Origin: an uncultured Bacilli bacterium
GTDB taxonomy: Bacteria; Bacillota_I; Bacilli_A; RF39; UBA660
Length of the DNA: 64,000 nucleotides
Reading direction: 5' to 3'
Assembly: GCA_944350315.1 (NCBI GenBank)
Contig: CALVON010000022.1
Location: forward strand, 9,281-73,280
The notes under the pieces were generated by a model that ran no database searches, was not told the origin of the DNA, and saw nothing but the letters and a program-made list of their open reading frames with translations. Position numbers and translations under genes: made by a program. Positions 47,473-56,488 of this stretch are shown here, one piece after another. Position 1 is the stretch's first letter; every line of letters begins with the position of its first letter.

Positions 47473-49393
47473 TAATGAACAACATTATGATGCTTCTGAT
47501 ATCCAGGTTTTAGAAGGATTAGAGGCAGTAAGAAAAAGACCTGGTATGTATATTGGTACTACTGATGTTAAGGGATTACATCACTTAGTATGGGAAATTG
47601 TTGATAATTCAATAGATGAAGCACTAGCTGGTTTTTGTCAAAATATTGAAGTTATTATTAATAAAGATAATTCAATTACGATAAAAGATGATGGAAGAGG
47701 TATTCCTGTTGATATTCATCCAAAAACTAAAAAGTCAACTGTTGAAACTGTTTATACTGTATTGCATGCTGGTGGTAAATTTGGTGGTGGAGGATATAAG
47801 GTATCTGGTGGTTTGCATGGTGTTGGTGCTTCTGTTGTTAATGCACTTAGTAAGTGGCTTGAAGTAAAAGTTTATAAAGGTGGAAATGTTTATTTTATTA
47901 GATTTGAAAATGGTGGAAAACCGGTTGCACCATTGCATATTATTGATAAATGTAATGAAAATAGAACAGGTACAACAGTTACGTTTAAACCAGATGCTAA
48001 TATATTTGATAGTGAAATATATGATTATGAAACATTAAAAGTAAGAATTAGAGAATTAGCTTTTTTGAATAGAGGTTTATCAATTACTTTAAGAGATGAT
48101 AGAGACGAAGAAGATACAACTGGCGATAAATTTTTGTATGAAGGTGGAATTAGTGAGTATGTAAAATTTATTAATCAAAATAAGACACCTATTCATGATG
48201 AAATTATTCATTTTCAAGGAGAGGAAGACGGTGTATTTTTTGAAGTTGCTATGCAGTATAATTCCGGTTATAATGATAACATTTATTCTTTTGTAAATAA
48301 TATTAATACTCATGATGGTGGTACTCATGAAGAGGGCGTTAGAAGAGCTTTAACTAGAATAATTAATAATTATGCTAGAAAAAATAATATTTTAAAAGAA
48401 AAAGATGATTCTTTAACAGGTGATGATGTTAAAGAAGGATTGACAATGATTATTTCTTGTAAACACCCTAATCCACAATTTGAGGGTCAAACAAAGGGAA
48501 GATTAGGAAATTCTGAAGTTAGAAAATTAGCTGATAGTGTATTTTCTAAAGGATTTGAGAGATATCTTTTAGAAAATCCTGATCAAGCAAAAGCTATAGT
48601 AAATAAAGCAATGCTTGCGTGTAGAGCTAGAAATGCGGCAAAAAAAGCTAGGGAAATTACAAGAAAATCCGATTTATCTGTAACTAATTTCTTTGGAAAA
48701 TTATCTGATTGTAAAAGTAAAGATCCAAATATTTCAGAAATTTTTATTGTCGAGGGAGATAGTGCAGGTGGTTCTGCTAAAAAAGGTAGAGATTCTATGA
48801 CGCAGGCAATTCTTCCTTTAAAGGGAAAAATTTTAAATGTCGAAAAGTCAAGACTTGATAAGGCTTTGTCAAATGAAGAAATAAGAACAATTATTACTGC
48901 GTTTGGTACAGGAATTGGTGAAGAGTTTGATTTATCAAAATTAAGATATAATAAGATAATTATAATGACCGATGCTGATGTTGATGGATCACATATTAGA
49001 GTATTATTATTAACTTTATTTTATAGATTTTTTAAACCTATTGTTGAAGCAGGGCATGTTTATGCTGCTCAACCACCATTATTTAGAATTATGCATGGAA
49101 AAACAAGAAAATATGTTTTAACTGAGCAGGAGAAAGATGATTATTTATCAAGTTTGCCTGAAAACGTTAGAGCTCGTGCTGAAATTGCTCGTATGAAAGG
49201 TCTTGGCGAGATGGATCCTGAAGAATTAAATGAAACAACTATGGATATAGAAAAAAGAGTTCTTAGAAAAATTACTGTAGACGATTGTGTTGCAGCGGAT
49301 CATGTATTTGAAAAGTTAATGGGTGATGATGTTGAACCAAGGAGAGATTTTATTGAAAAGAATGCTGTTTATGTTAAAAATCTTGATATTTAG
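47465..49393 (+). CDS. gyrB: DNA gyrase subunit B
   Basis: GHKL ATPase N-terminus ([24 protein letters not shown]), Toprim [17 protein letters not shown]. Confidence 0.97.
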   Translation: MNNNEQHYDASDIQVLEGLEAVRKRPGMYIGTTDVKGLHHLVWEIVDNSIDEALAGFCQNIEVIINKDNSITIKDDGRGIPVDIHPKTKKSTVETVYTVLHAGGKFGGGGYKVSGGLHGVGASVVNALSKWLEVKVYKGGNVYFIRFENGGKPVAPLHIIDKCNENRTGTTVTFKPDANIFDSEIYDYETLKVRIRELAFLNRGLSITLRDDRDEEDTTGDKFLYEGGISEYVKFINQNKTPIHDEIIHFQGEEDGVFFEVAMQYNSGYNDNIYSFVNNINTHDGGTHEEGVRRALTRIINNYARKNNILKEKDDSLTGDDVKEGLTMIISCKHPNPQFEGQTKGRLGNSEVRKLADSVFSKGFERYLLENPDQAKAIVNKAMLACRARNAAKKAREITRKSDLSVTNFFGKLSDCKSKDPNISEIFIVEGDSAGGSAKKGRDSMTQAILPLKGKILNVEKSRLDKALSNEEIRTIITAFGTGIGEEFDLSKLRYNKIIIMTDADVDGSHIRVLLLTLFYRFFKPIVEAGHVYAAQPPLFRIMHGKTRKYVLTEQEKDDYLSSLPENVRARAEIARMKGLGEMDPEELNETTMDIEKRVLRKITVDDCVAADHVFEKLMGDDVEPRRDFIEKNAVYVKNLDI

Positions 49394-49408
49394 GAGGTAT
49401 GAAGTAGT

Positions 49409-51913
49409 ATGAATGAAAATAATAACGGACAAATGTTTGATAAAAACAATAATGATAATAATTTAAATAATATTTATAATGGAACTTATCATGAAAGGGA
49501 TAGTTTAACAGAAAATGATATTGTATCAGAGGTTGAAAATTCTTTTTTAGATTATTCTATGAGTGTTATTACTTCTCGTGCCATTCCTGATTTAAGAGAT
49601 GGATTAAAGCCTGTTCATAGGCGTATTTTATGGTCAATGTATGAAGAAGGAAATACGCCTGATAAGCCACATAAAAAATCTGCTACTACAGTAGGATATG
49701 TTATGGGTCATTATCATCCACATGGTGATAGTTCTATTTATGATGCTATGGTAAGATTAGCTCAAAATTTTAATCAAAGATATATGCTTGTTGATGGACA
49801 CGGTAATTTTGGTAATATTGAAGGTGATGGAGCTGCCGCATATCGTTATACAGAGGCAAGATTATCTAAAATTTCTTTGGAATTGCTTAGAGATATTAAC
49901 AAAAATACTGTTGATATGGATGATAATTTTGATGAGACTAGTAAAGAACCTAAAGTTTTACCTAGTAGATTTCCTAACGTTTTAGTAAATGGCTCAATGG
50001 GGATTGCTGTTGGTATGGCTACAAATATACCACCACATAATTTAGGTGAGGTTATTGATGGTTGTGTTGCTTATATCGATAATCCTGATATTGATACTTT
50101 AGGTTTAATGAATTATATTAAAGGTCCTGATTTTCCTACTGGTGGTATTATTTTGGGTAATTCTGGTATTAGAAAAGCTTATGAAACTGGTAGAGGATCA
50201 ATTACTATTAGGAGTAGAGCGGAAATTGAAGAACATAACAGTCATAATACTATTGTTATTACTGAGGTTCCATATGGCGTGAATACAATGGAATTAAAGA
50301 ACAAGGTTGCAGAATTAGTTAGAGATAAGGTTATAGATGGAATTTCTGATTATCATACTGATTTAAAAGATGGTGTTAAAATAACTATAACTTTAAAAAG
50401 AGATGCTAATCCTCAGGTTGTTTTAAATAATTTATATAAGCATACTAACTTTCAAATTCAATATGGTATTATATTTTTGATGATTGATGGTATGACTCCA
50501 AGAACTTTACCTCTTAAGGATATTATTGTTAAGTATATTGATTATCAAAAAGAAGTAATTATAAGAAGAACAAAATTTGATTTAGATAAAGATGAAAAAA
50601 GAGTTCATATATTAGAAGGTTATAAGATAGCTCAAGATAATATTGATGAGGTTATAAAAATAATTAAAGAGGCAAAAACAGATACAATTGCAAAGGAAAA
50701 TTTAATTAGCAGGTTTAATTTATCTGAAGTTCAAACCGATGCTATTTTGGAGTTAAAGTTGCGTCGTTTAACTGGTTTAGAGAGAGATAAAATAGAGGCT
50801 GAATTAAATAATTTACTATTAGAAATTGATGAATTAAAATCTATTTTAGCTTCTGAGGAAAAGGTTTTAAATATTATTAAATCCGAATTAACTGAAATTA
50901 AGAATAAGTATTCTGACGAAAGAAGAACGCACATTGATATGACAGCTGTTGATTATATAGATGATGAGAATTTGATTCCAAGGGAAAATATTGTTATAAC
51001 TTTAACTAAAAAGGGGTATATTAAGAGAATACCTGTTGATACATATAAAATTCAGCACCGTGGTGGTGTTGGTATTAAAGGTATGTCAATTAATGAGGAA
51101 GATTTTGTAGAGCAAATTATTAATTGTTGTACACATGATTATATTTTATTTTTTACAAATAAAGGAAAGGTTTATCGAGTTAAGGGTTATGAAATTCCTG
51201 AATATAGTAGGCAATCTAAAGGATTACCAATTATTAATTTATTAAATTTAGAGTCTGGTGAATATGTTGCTTCAATATTGAATGGTTCTAGTAATGATGG
51301 TTATAAGTTCTTAGTTTTTGCTACTAAAAATGGTTTGATTAAGCGTACTGATATTTCTGAATTTCATAGTATTAGGGCTAATGGTAAGAAATTTATTACT
51401 TTGCGCGTTGATGATGAGCTTATTTCTGTAAAAAATACTGATGGTGAAAGTGATATTTTGATGGCTTCTTCTAATGGTAGGATGGTAAGATTTTCCGAGA
51501 AATTGATTAGATCTATGGGTCGTGGTGCTTCTGGTATAAGAGGTATTAATTTGGATGGTAGTATTCTTGTTGGTATGGAAATTGCTAAAGATAATTTAGA
51601 TGTATTAGTTGTTACCGAGAATGGCTATGGAAAAAGAACTCCTATTAGTGAGTATCGTGTTACTAATAGAGGTGGTAAGGGAGTTAAAACTTTAAATATT
51701 ACTGAAAAGAATGGCTCTATTACTGCTTTTAAGACTGTTGATAATAAAAAAGATATTATTATTGTCACTAACGAGGGAATTATTATAAGATTAGCTGTTG
51801 ATAAAATTTCTTCGATGAGCAGGGTTACTCAAGGTGTAAAACTTATAAATTTGCGTGAGGGTCAAAAGGTTAGTTCAATTTCAATAGTAGATTCTGATAT
51901 TATTGAAAGTTAA
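49409..51913 (+). CDS. gyrA: DNA gyrase subunit A
   Basis: Active-site region AAAYRYTEARL and QRDR-like HPHGDSSIYDAMVR. About 40 aa of Asn-rich N-terminal extension. Confidence 0.97.
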   Translation: MNENNNGQMFDKNNNDNNLNNIYNGTYHERDSLTENDIVSEVENSFLDYSMSVITSRAIPDLRDGLKPVHRRILWSMYEEGNTPDKPHKKSATTVGYVMGHYHPHGDSSIYDAMVRLAQNFNQRYMLVDGHGNFGNIEGDGAAAYRYTEARLSKISLELLRDINKNTVDMDDNFDETSKEPKVLPSRFPNVLVNGSMGIAVGMATNIPPHNLGEVIDGCVAYIDNPDIDTLGLMNYIKGPDFPTGGIILGNSGIRKAYETGRGSITIRSRAEIEEHNSHNTIVITEVPYGVNTMELKNKVAELVRDKVIDGISDYHTDLKDGVKITITLKRDANPQVVLNNLYKHTNFQIQYGIIFLMIDGMTPRTLPLKDIIVKYIDYQKEVIIRRTKFDLDKDEKRVHILEGYKIAQDNIDEVIKIIKEAKTDTIAKENLISRFNLSEVQTDAILELKLRRLTGLERDKIEAELNNLLLEIDELKSILASEEKVLNIIKSELTEIKNKYSDERRTHIDMTAVDYIDDENLIPRENIVITLTKKGYIKRIPVDTYKIQHRGGVGIKGMSINEEDFVEQIINCCTHDYILFFTNKGKVYRVKGYEIPEYSRQSKGLPIINLLNLESGEYVASILNGSSNDGYKFLVFATKNGLIKRTDISEFHSIRANGKKFITLRVDDELISVKNTDGESDILMASSNGRMVRFSEKLIRSMGRGASGIRGINLDGSILVGMEIAKDNLDVLVVTENGYGKRTPISEYRVTNRGGKGVKTLNITEKNGSITAFKTVDNKKDIIIVTNEGIIIRLAVDKISSMSRVTQGVKLINLREGQKVSSISIVDSDIIES

Positions 51914-51933
51914 AAAGATTTATTTATTATTTG

Positions 51934-51975
51934 AACTCAATTATAATGTTCCACGTGGAACATTATAATTGAGTT
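51934..51975. promoter_or_regulatory. parS-1 (core 51947-51962) in a perfect 42-bp palindrome; also the gyrA terminator
   Basis: AACTCAATTATAATGTTCCAC|GTGGAACATTATAATTGAGTT followed by TTTTTTATTTTTTTTT. Confidence 0.85.
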
Positions 51976-52180
51976 TTTTATTTTTTTTTATAAAGAAATT
52001 TAAAGAATATTTATGTTAATAATTTATTATATTTATGTTTTTATATGTTGTAATATTTAATTTTTATATTTAATATTGTTTATATTATTATAATATTAGT
52101 TTATTTATATTCTGTTAGATATTATTATAGTTAATTTATTATCTTTATTTAATTTATTATAATGTGAAAATATATTATTC

Positions 52181-52340
52181 AAAAAAATTATTTTAGTTGT
52201 CAATTGTTAAATAATTATTTATGTGAATTACAATGTTCCACGTGGAACATTGTAATTTAAATTTTATTATTACAAATTTTGTTTATAAAATGTTTATATA
52301 TAAAGATTGTAATATTAAATTCATAATAAAATAATTATTT
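52181..52340 (+). repeat. Direct repeat unit A (~150 bp) containing parS-2
   Basis: Aligns by eye with 52826-52980. The central ~75 bp is near-identical (TGAATTACAATGTTCCACGTG[G/A]AACATTGTAATTTAAATTTTATTATTA...). Shared AAAAAAATTATTTTA start and ATTAAATT(C/T)ATAATAAAATAAT end. Confidence 0.7.
52226..52257. promoter_or_regulatory. parS-2 (core 52234-52249) in a perfect 32-bp palindrome
   Basis: AATTACAATGTTCCAC|GTGGAACATTGTAATT. Confidence 0.85.
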
Positions 52341-52359
52341 TATTTATATATATTTTCTT

Positions 52360-52379
52360 AATGTTCCACGTGGAACATT
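52360..52379. promoter_or_regulatory. parS-3 (core 52362-52377) in a perfect 20-bp palindrome
   Basis: AATGTTCCAC|GTGGAACATT. Confidence 0.85.
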
Positions 52380-52540
52380 CCAGTTGAAATTTTTTTCTCT
52401 AAAGAGTAAAAAAAATATTATATTATTTACAGTTGATTAAGTATTATTTTAGTTGTTTTATTATATATATTTAGTAAATAGTATATATTTTATACTATAT
52501 TTATTTAAATGCCGTGTTTTTACAATTCATGTAATATTAG

Positions 52541-52568
52541 TTATAATGTTCCACGTGGAACATTATAA
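52541..52568. promoter_or_regulatory. parS-4 (core 52547-52562) in a perfect 28-bp palindrome
   Basis: TTATAATGTTCCAC|GTGGAACATTATAA. Confidence 0.85.
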
Positions 52569-52610
52569 AATGCAGATAAAAATTTTTAATAAGTTATATT
52601 GAATTTATTA

Positions 52611-52639
52611 TTGCGTTTTTTGATATTTTAGTATATAAT
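52611..52639 (+). promoter_or_regulatory. Sigma-A-type promoter of ffs
   Basis: TTGCGT (-35), 17-nt spacer, TATAAT (-10). The predicted start at about 52646 coincides with the 5' end of the SRP RNA helix. Confidence 0.5.
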
Positions 52640-52645
52640 TATGTT

Positions 52646-52716
52646 GTGCAACAATAATATAGAAATCAAGTCAGGATCGGAAGATAGCAGCTTTAACTAT
52701 TAATTATTGTGTGCAC
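52646..52716 (+). ncRNA. ffs: Small (4.5S-like, ~71 nt) signal recognition particle RNA
   Basis: Domain IV motif AAGUCAGGAUCGGAAGAUAGCAGCUU (compare GUCAGGUCCGGAAGGAAGCAGC) with a GGAA tetraloop closed by AUC/GAU. Closing helix GUGCAACAAUAAU / AUUAUUGUGUGCAC, followed by T5. Position upstream of tadA-dnaX approximates the B. subtilis tadA-scr-dnaX region, although scr lies between tadA and dnaX there. Confidence 0.75.
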
Positions 52717-52748
52717 TTTTTATATGTTCCACGTGGAACATATAAAAA
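52717..52748. promoter_or_regulatory. parS-5 (core 52725-52740) in a perfect 32-bp palindrome abutting the ffs 3' end
   Basis: TTTTTATATGTTCCAC|GTGGAACATATAAAAA. Confidence 0.85.
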
Positions 52749-52825
52749 TAAACGTCAATTAATATTTTTTAATTAATTTATTTAAAATTATTATTATGTG
52801 TATTTAAATTGTTATAATATAAAAT

Positions 52826-52980
52826 AAAAAAATTATTTTAATTATTAAATTGATATTTATATGAATTACAATGTTCCACGTGAAACATTGTAATTTAAAT
52901 TTTATTATTATAATTCTTGTTTATTACAGGTTGATGTATAGAAAATATAGTATTAAATTTATAATAAAATAATATATAAT
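52826..52980 (+). repeat. Direct repeat unit B (~150 bp) containing parS-6
   Basis: Partner of 52181-52340. Confidence 0.7.
52864..52895. promoter_or_regulatory. parS-6 (core 52872-52887, TGTTCCACGTGAAACA)
   Basis: AATTACAATGTTCCAC|GTGAAACATTGTAATT. One arm mismatch yields the asymmetric B. subtilis-type parS. Confidence 0.85.
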
Positions 52981-53048
52981 ATTTGTAAAATATGTATAAC
53001 ATTTTTTTTGTTGTGTTAAATTTGTGCTTTTAGATTTTATAAATATAT

Positions 53049-53080
53049 TTATTTAATGTTCCACGTGAAACATTAAATAA
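53049..53080. promoter_or_regulatory. parS-7 (core 53057-53072, TGTTCCACGTGAAACA)
   Basis: TTATTTAATGTTCCAC|GTGAAACATTAAATAA. One arm mismatch. Confidence 0.85.
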
Positions 53081-53162
53081 TAAATGTAATTTTTATAAAT
53101 TGTTAAAAATAACTTTATTTATAATTAAATGTTGATATAATATTACTTAGGGTGTTGTAAAT

Positions 53163-53591
53163 ATGAATTATGAATTTATTAATAAAATAATTTCTTTGGC
53201 TGAAGAGGCTTATAAATTAGATGAAATTCCTGTTGGTGCAGTAGTTGTGTTAAATAATCAAATAATAGGTTTTGGTATAAATAATAGAAATAAAAATTCT
53301 AGTGTTATTGGCCATGCAGAAATATCTGCTATTGAGATGGCATGTAGGAAGATTGGTGATTGGCGTTTAGAAAATTGTGAGATGTATGTTACTTTGTCAC
53401 CTTGTATGATGTGCACTGGAGCAATTGTTGATAGTAGAATTAAAAAAGTATATTATTTATGTGATAGAACAAATGTTTGTTTTAATGCAAGCAATTATAT
53501 TAATTTACATAAGATTAATGATATGGAATTATTAAGTAGATATATGAAATTATTAAAATTATTTTTTGAAAATAAAAGAAATAAGGGATAA
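53163..53591 (+). CDS. tadA: tRNA adenosine(34) deaminase TadA
   Basis: CDA motifs GHAEISAIE and SPCMMCTGAI. Synteny with dnaX. Confidence 0.85.
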   Translation: MNYEFINKIISLAEEAYKLDEIPVGAVVVLNNQIIGFGINNRNKNSSVIGHAEISAIEMACRKIGDWRLENCEMYVTLSPCMMCTGAIVDSRIKKVYYLCDRTNVCFNASNYINLHKINDMELLSRYMKLLKLFFENKRNKG

Positions 53592-53634
53592 AATATGATA
53601 TAATTATTTTAGGGTTGTTGAAAAGAGGTGAATA

Positions 53635-55344
53635 ATGAATTATTTAGCTTTATATAGAAAATATAGACCAAATGCATTTTCTTCTTTAGTTGGACAAAAT
53701 GAAATAAAAAAAATCTTATCTTCTGCTGTTGAAAATAATATGATTTCACATGCTTATTTATTTTCGGGCCCTAGGGGTACTGGAAAAACTTCTACAGCAA
53801 AGATATTTGCTAAAATGGTTAATTGTTGTCATTTAATAAATGGTGAACCTTGTAATAAGTGTGATAGTTGTTTAAATTTATTTAATAGTAATGATATTAT
53901 AGAAATTGATGCTGCTTCTAATAATGGTGTTGATGAAATCAGAGATTTACGTGAAAAGGCTAATTTAGTTCCTAGTATTTGTAAATATAAGGTATATATT
54001 ATTGATGAAGTACATATGTTAACAACTCAAGCGTTCAATGCATTACTTAAAATTTTAGAGGAGCCACCAAAGCATGTTATTTTTATATTAGCGACGACTG
54101 AATATCATAAGATTCCTTTGACAATAACTTCAAGATGCCAAAAGTTTCAATTTAATAAATTAGATATTGAAGAAATTGTTTCAAAGTTGAAAGAGATTTC
54201 ATTATTAGAAAATATTTCTATTAGTGATGATGCTTTATACGAAATAGCTAGAATATCTGATGGTGGAATGCGTGATTCAATTAATTTTTTAGATCAAATT
54301 CGATCATTTTCTAATAAGGAAATTACGGTAGATGATGTTTATAGCGTATATGGAAGCGTTTCTTTTAATGATTTTTTAAATTTATTTGTTGATATTAAAA
54401 GTAATAATATTGAAAAAGTCGTTGCTTTTTTTGAACAAATGAATATTGAGGGTAAAAGCTTTAGTAAATTTTTTGATGATATGTTAAATTTTTTAAAAGA
54501 TGTTATATTATATAAAAAAAATGTATCATTAACTATTATTAAATCGAGAGTTGAATATATTAAAAAAATAGAAAATTTATATTCTCTTAAGGAAATATAT
54601 ATGTTAATTGAGTTAATCAATAGTTTACTTGATAAGTTACGATATGTCTCTCAACAAACAATATTTGTTATTACTAATTTTTTACTTTTTATGGACAAAA
54701 TTAGTAATGTAAATATTGATAATAATGTAAATTCAGTTAACAATAATGTAATAAAAGATGTTAATGAAGAATATGATTTAGCTTTTAATTTTGCAAAAAA
54801 AGATGATGATAAGGCTTATAATGATGACATAGATATAAATGTTAGTAAAGAAAGTGTTAATAAAAAGTATGATGAAGATGTTGATAAAAATATTATTATT
54901 AATAATACTTTTGCTACCGCCTCTAAAAAGAATAAGCTTGATTTACAACAAAAATTTTCCACAATAGGGGATTATTTAACTGATAGACGATATGCTAAAA
55001 TTGTTTCTTTGCTTGTTGATACTTCATTAGAGGTTGTTGGTGATGGGTATCTTATTTTAGCTGGTAAGTACGATGGAGTTGTCAATAATATAAAATATAA
55101 TTATAATTTGTGTAAAGAATTTTTAGATATGTATTTTCAAAAGAATTTTAGGTTCGTTGTCCTTACGTTAAATGAATGGGATGATTGTAGAGATAATTAT
55201 ATTAAAAATATTAATATGGGGAAAAAATATAATTTAATAGAGCTTCAGGAATCAATTGTAAATACTGATGTTAATGAAAAAGAAATTACTGTCGTTGATA
55301 AATTGTTTGACTTAGTGGGAAATGATGTTATAGAATTTAAATAG
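53635..55344 (+). CDS. dnaX: DNA polymerase III subunit gamma/tau
   Basis: AAA+ clamp-loader motifs GPRGTGKTS, zinc module CNKCDSC, DEVHML, SRC (TSRCQKF). Confidence 0.95.
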   Translation: MNYLALYRKYRPNAFSSLVGQNEIKKILSSAVENNMISHAYLFSGPRGTGKTSTAKIFAKMVNCCHLINGEPCNKCDSCLNLFNSNDIIEIDAASNNGVDEIRDLREKANLVPSICKYKVYIIDEVHMLTTQAFNALLKILEEPPKHVIFILATTEYHKIPLTITSRCQKFQFNKLDIEEIVSKLKEISLLENISISDDALYEIARISDGGMRDSINFLDQIRSFSNKEITVDDVYSVYGSVSFNDFLNLFVDIKSNNIEKVVAFFEQMNIEGKSFSKFFDDMLNFLKDVILYKKNVSLTIIKSRVEYIKKIENLYSLKEIYMLIELINSLLDKLRYVSQQTIFVITNFLLFMDKISNVNIDNNVNSVNNNVIKDVNEEYDLAFNFAKKDDDKAYNDDIDINVSKESVNKKYDEDVDKNIIINNTFATASKKNKLDLQQKFSTIGDYLTDRRYAKIVSLLVDTSLEVVGDGYLILAGKYDGVVNNIKYNYNLCKEFLDMYFQKNFRFVVLTLNEWDDCRDNYIKNINMGKKYNLIELQESIVNTDVNEKEITVVDKLFDLVGNDVIEFK

Positions 55345-55356
55345 GAAGGTGATAAT

Positions 55357-55656
55357 ATGAATATGCAAAAATTATTGCAAGAAGCAAAAAAAATGCAAGC
55401 ACAGTTACAAAAGGATCAACAAGTGCTTGATAATACTATTTACGAGGGAACTTCTTCAGTTGTTAATATTAAAATGAATGGAAAATATGAGGTGACTTCT
55501 GTTAATTTAAATGTTACAGAAGATATAACGGTGGATGATAAAGAAATGCTTGAGGATATGATAATGGTTGCTGTAAATGAGGCTGTAAAAAAAGTTGATG
55601 CTGATAAAGAGAAAAAAATGAGTAAATATGGTAATGGAATTGCGGGGCTTATTTAG
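55357..55656 (+). CDS. ybaB: Nucleoid-associated protein YbaB/EbfC
   Basis: 99-aa ORF between dnaX and recR with YbaB-like sequence (MQKLLQEAKKMQAQLQK...). Confidence 0.9.
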   Translation: MNMQKLLQEAKKMQAQLQKDQQVLDNTIYEGTSSVVNIKMNGKYEVTSVNLNVTEDITVDDKEMLEDMIMVAVNEAVKKVDADKEKKMSKYGNGIAGLI

Positions 55657-56252
55657 TGATGTATCCATCTGGGTTAAAAAATTTAATTGAGTGTTTAAAA
55701 GATTTGCCTGGTATTGGTGAAAAATCTGCTGAAAGATTAGCTTTTTCAATTTTAAATTTTGATGGTGAAAAGCTTGATATGTTTGCACAGGCTATAAGTG
55801 GTATTAAATCAATAAAGAGATGTCCTATTTGCAACAATATTACTGATAGTGATCTTTGTTCTATTTGTAGTGATAAAGACAGAGTAGATGATATGATTTT
55901 TGTTGTGGAGAAGCCTAAGGATATTGTATTATTTGAAAAAATGGGAAATTATAATGGAAAATATCATGTGTTGGATGGGTTAATTTCTCCTTTAGATGGA
56001 ATTAATCCTGAAGATATTAATATTGATAATTTAATAAATAGGGTAAAAAATAATAATGTTTCTGAGGTTATTTTGGTTTTTAAGCCTAGTATTGAAGGTG
56101 AAACAACAATGCAATATATAAAAAAGGTTTTATCAAAATATCCTGTTAAGATTTCTAAGATTCCTATTGGTATTCCATTGGGTACGGAAATAGATTATAT
56201 TGATTCTATGACTTTAGAAATGGCATTTGAAGATCGTAAAAATATATCATAA
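55656..56252 (+). CDS. recR: Recombination protein RecR
   Basis: HhH N-terminus (LPGIGEKSAERLAF), C4 zinc finger (CPICNN...CSIC), Toprim domain. Confidence 0.95.
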   Translation: MMYPSGLKNLIECLKDLPGIGEKSAERLAFSILNFDGEKLDMFAQAISGIKSIKRCPICNNITDSDLCSICSDKDRVDDMIFVVEKPKDIVLFEKMGNYNGKYHVLDGLISPLDGINPEDINIDNLINRVKNNNVSEVILVFKPSIEGETTMQYIKKVLSKYPVKISKIPIGIPLGTEIDYIDSMTLEMAFEDRKNIS

Positions 56253-56277
56253 TTTAATTTTATTTGCATAATTTTTA

Positions 56278-56478
56278 GTGGGTGATATTGTGTTAAAAAA
56301 AATATTTTTAATTATGAAAAAAGTGATATTATCTGTATTAGTTATTTATGCATATAATAAGTTATCTTTACCTCTTGATATTTTTATTCCAATGAATGTT
56401 ATTACAATTTTTCTTGTTTCAATATTTGGTATTCCTTCAATGTTAATGTTAATATTATTTTCTTTAATTTTTGTTTAG
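56278..56478 (+). CDS. bofA: Small membrane protein, BofA-like (pro-sigma-K processing inhibitor family)
   Basis: Two TM helices with NVITIFLVSIFGIPSMLMLILF resembling the BofA core. The position after recR matches B. subtilis recR-yaaL-bofA. The start is uncertain (GTG at 56278 or ATG at 56314). Confidence 0.5.
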   Translation: MGDIVLKKIFLIMKKVILSVLVIYAYNKLSLPLDIFIPMNVITIFLVSIFGIPSMLMLILFSLIFV

Positions 56479-56488
56479 GGGGTATTTT

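Larger units (their letters stand above)
51934..53080. repeat. Array of seven parS-type palindromes in non-coding AT-rich DNA
   Basis: Seven copies of TGTTCCACGTG(G/A)AACA, each inside a 20-42-bp palindrome. No ORF of 60 aa or more between 51913 and 53163. Confidence 0.9.

Noticed and set aside
49409-49540. Asn-rich ~40-aa N-terminal extension of GyrA, with similar N/K/D-rich inserts in IF-2, DnaX and the lipoprotein at 13301
   Set aside because: These are typical compositional expansions in very AT-rich genomes, and there is no evidence of specific function. An internal start closer to the conserved domain cannot be excluded.
51934-53080. Repeat array that could superficially be taken for a CRISPR locus
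   Set aside because: The repeats are self-palindromic with variable arm length (20-42 bp). Spacings are irregular and long (128-287 bp). No cas genes or leader are present. The shared core is exactly the parS consensus.
51934-53080. Palindromes as MITE, IS terminal inverted repeats or REP elements
   Set aside because: There is no transposase, no target-site duplications and no paired outward-facing ends. Each element is a single perfect palindrome centred on CACGTG. A genome-wide REP-like distribution cannot be excluded without the full genome and is listed as the refutation test.
51914-53162. Expected rRNA operon or tRNA cluster after gyrA (B. subtilis has rrnO here)
   Set aside because: No 16S, 23S or 5S-like conserved sequence is present. 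The tract is almost pure AT except for the parS cores and the ffs hairpin.
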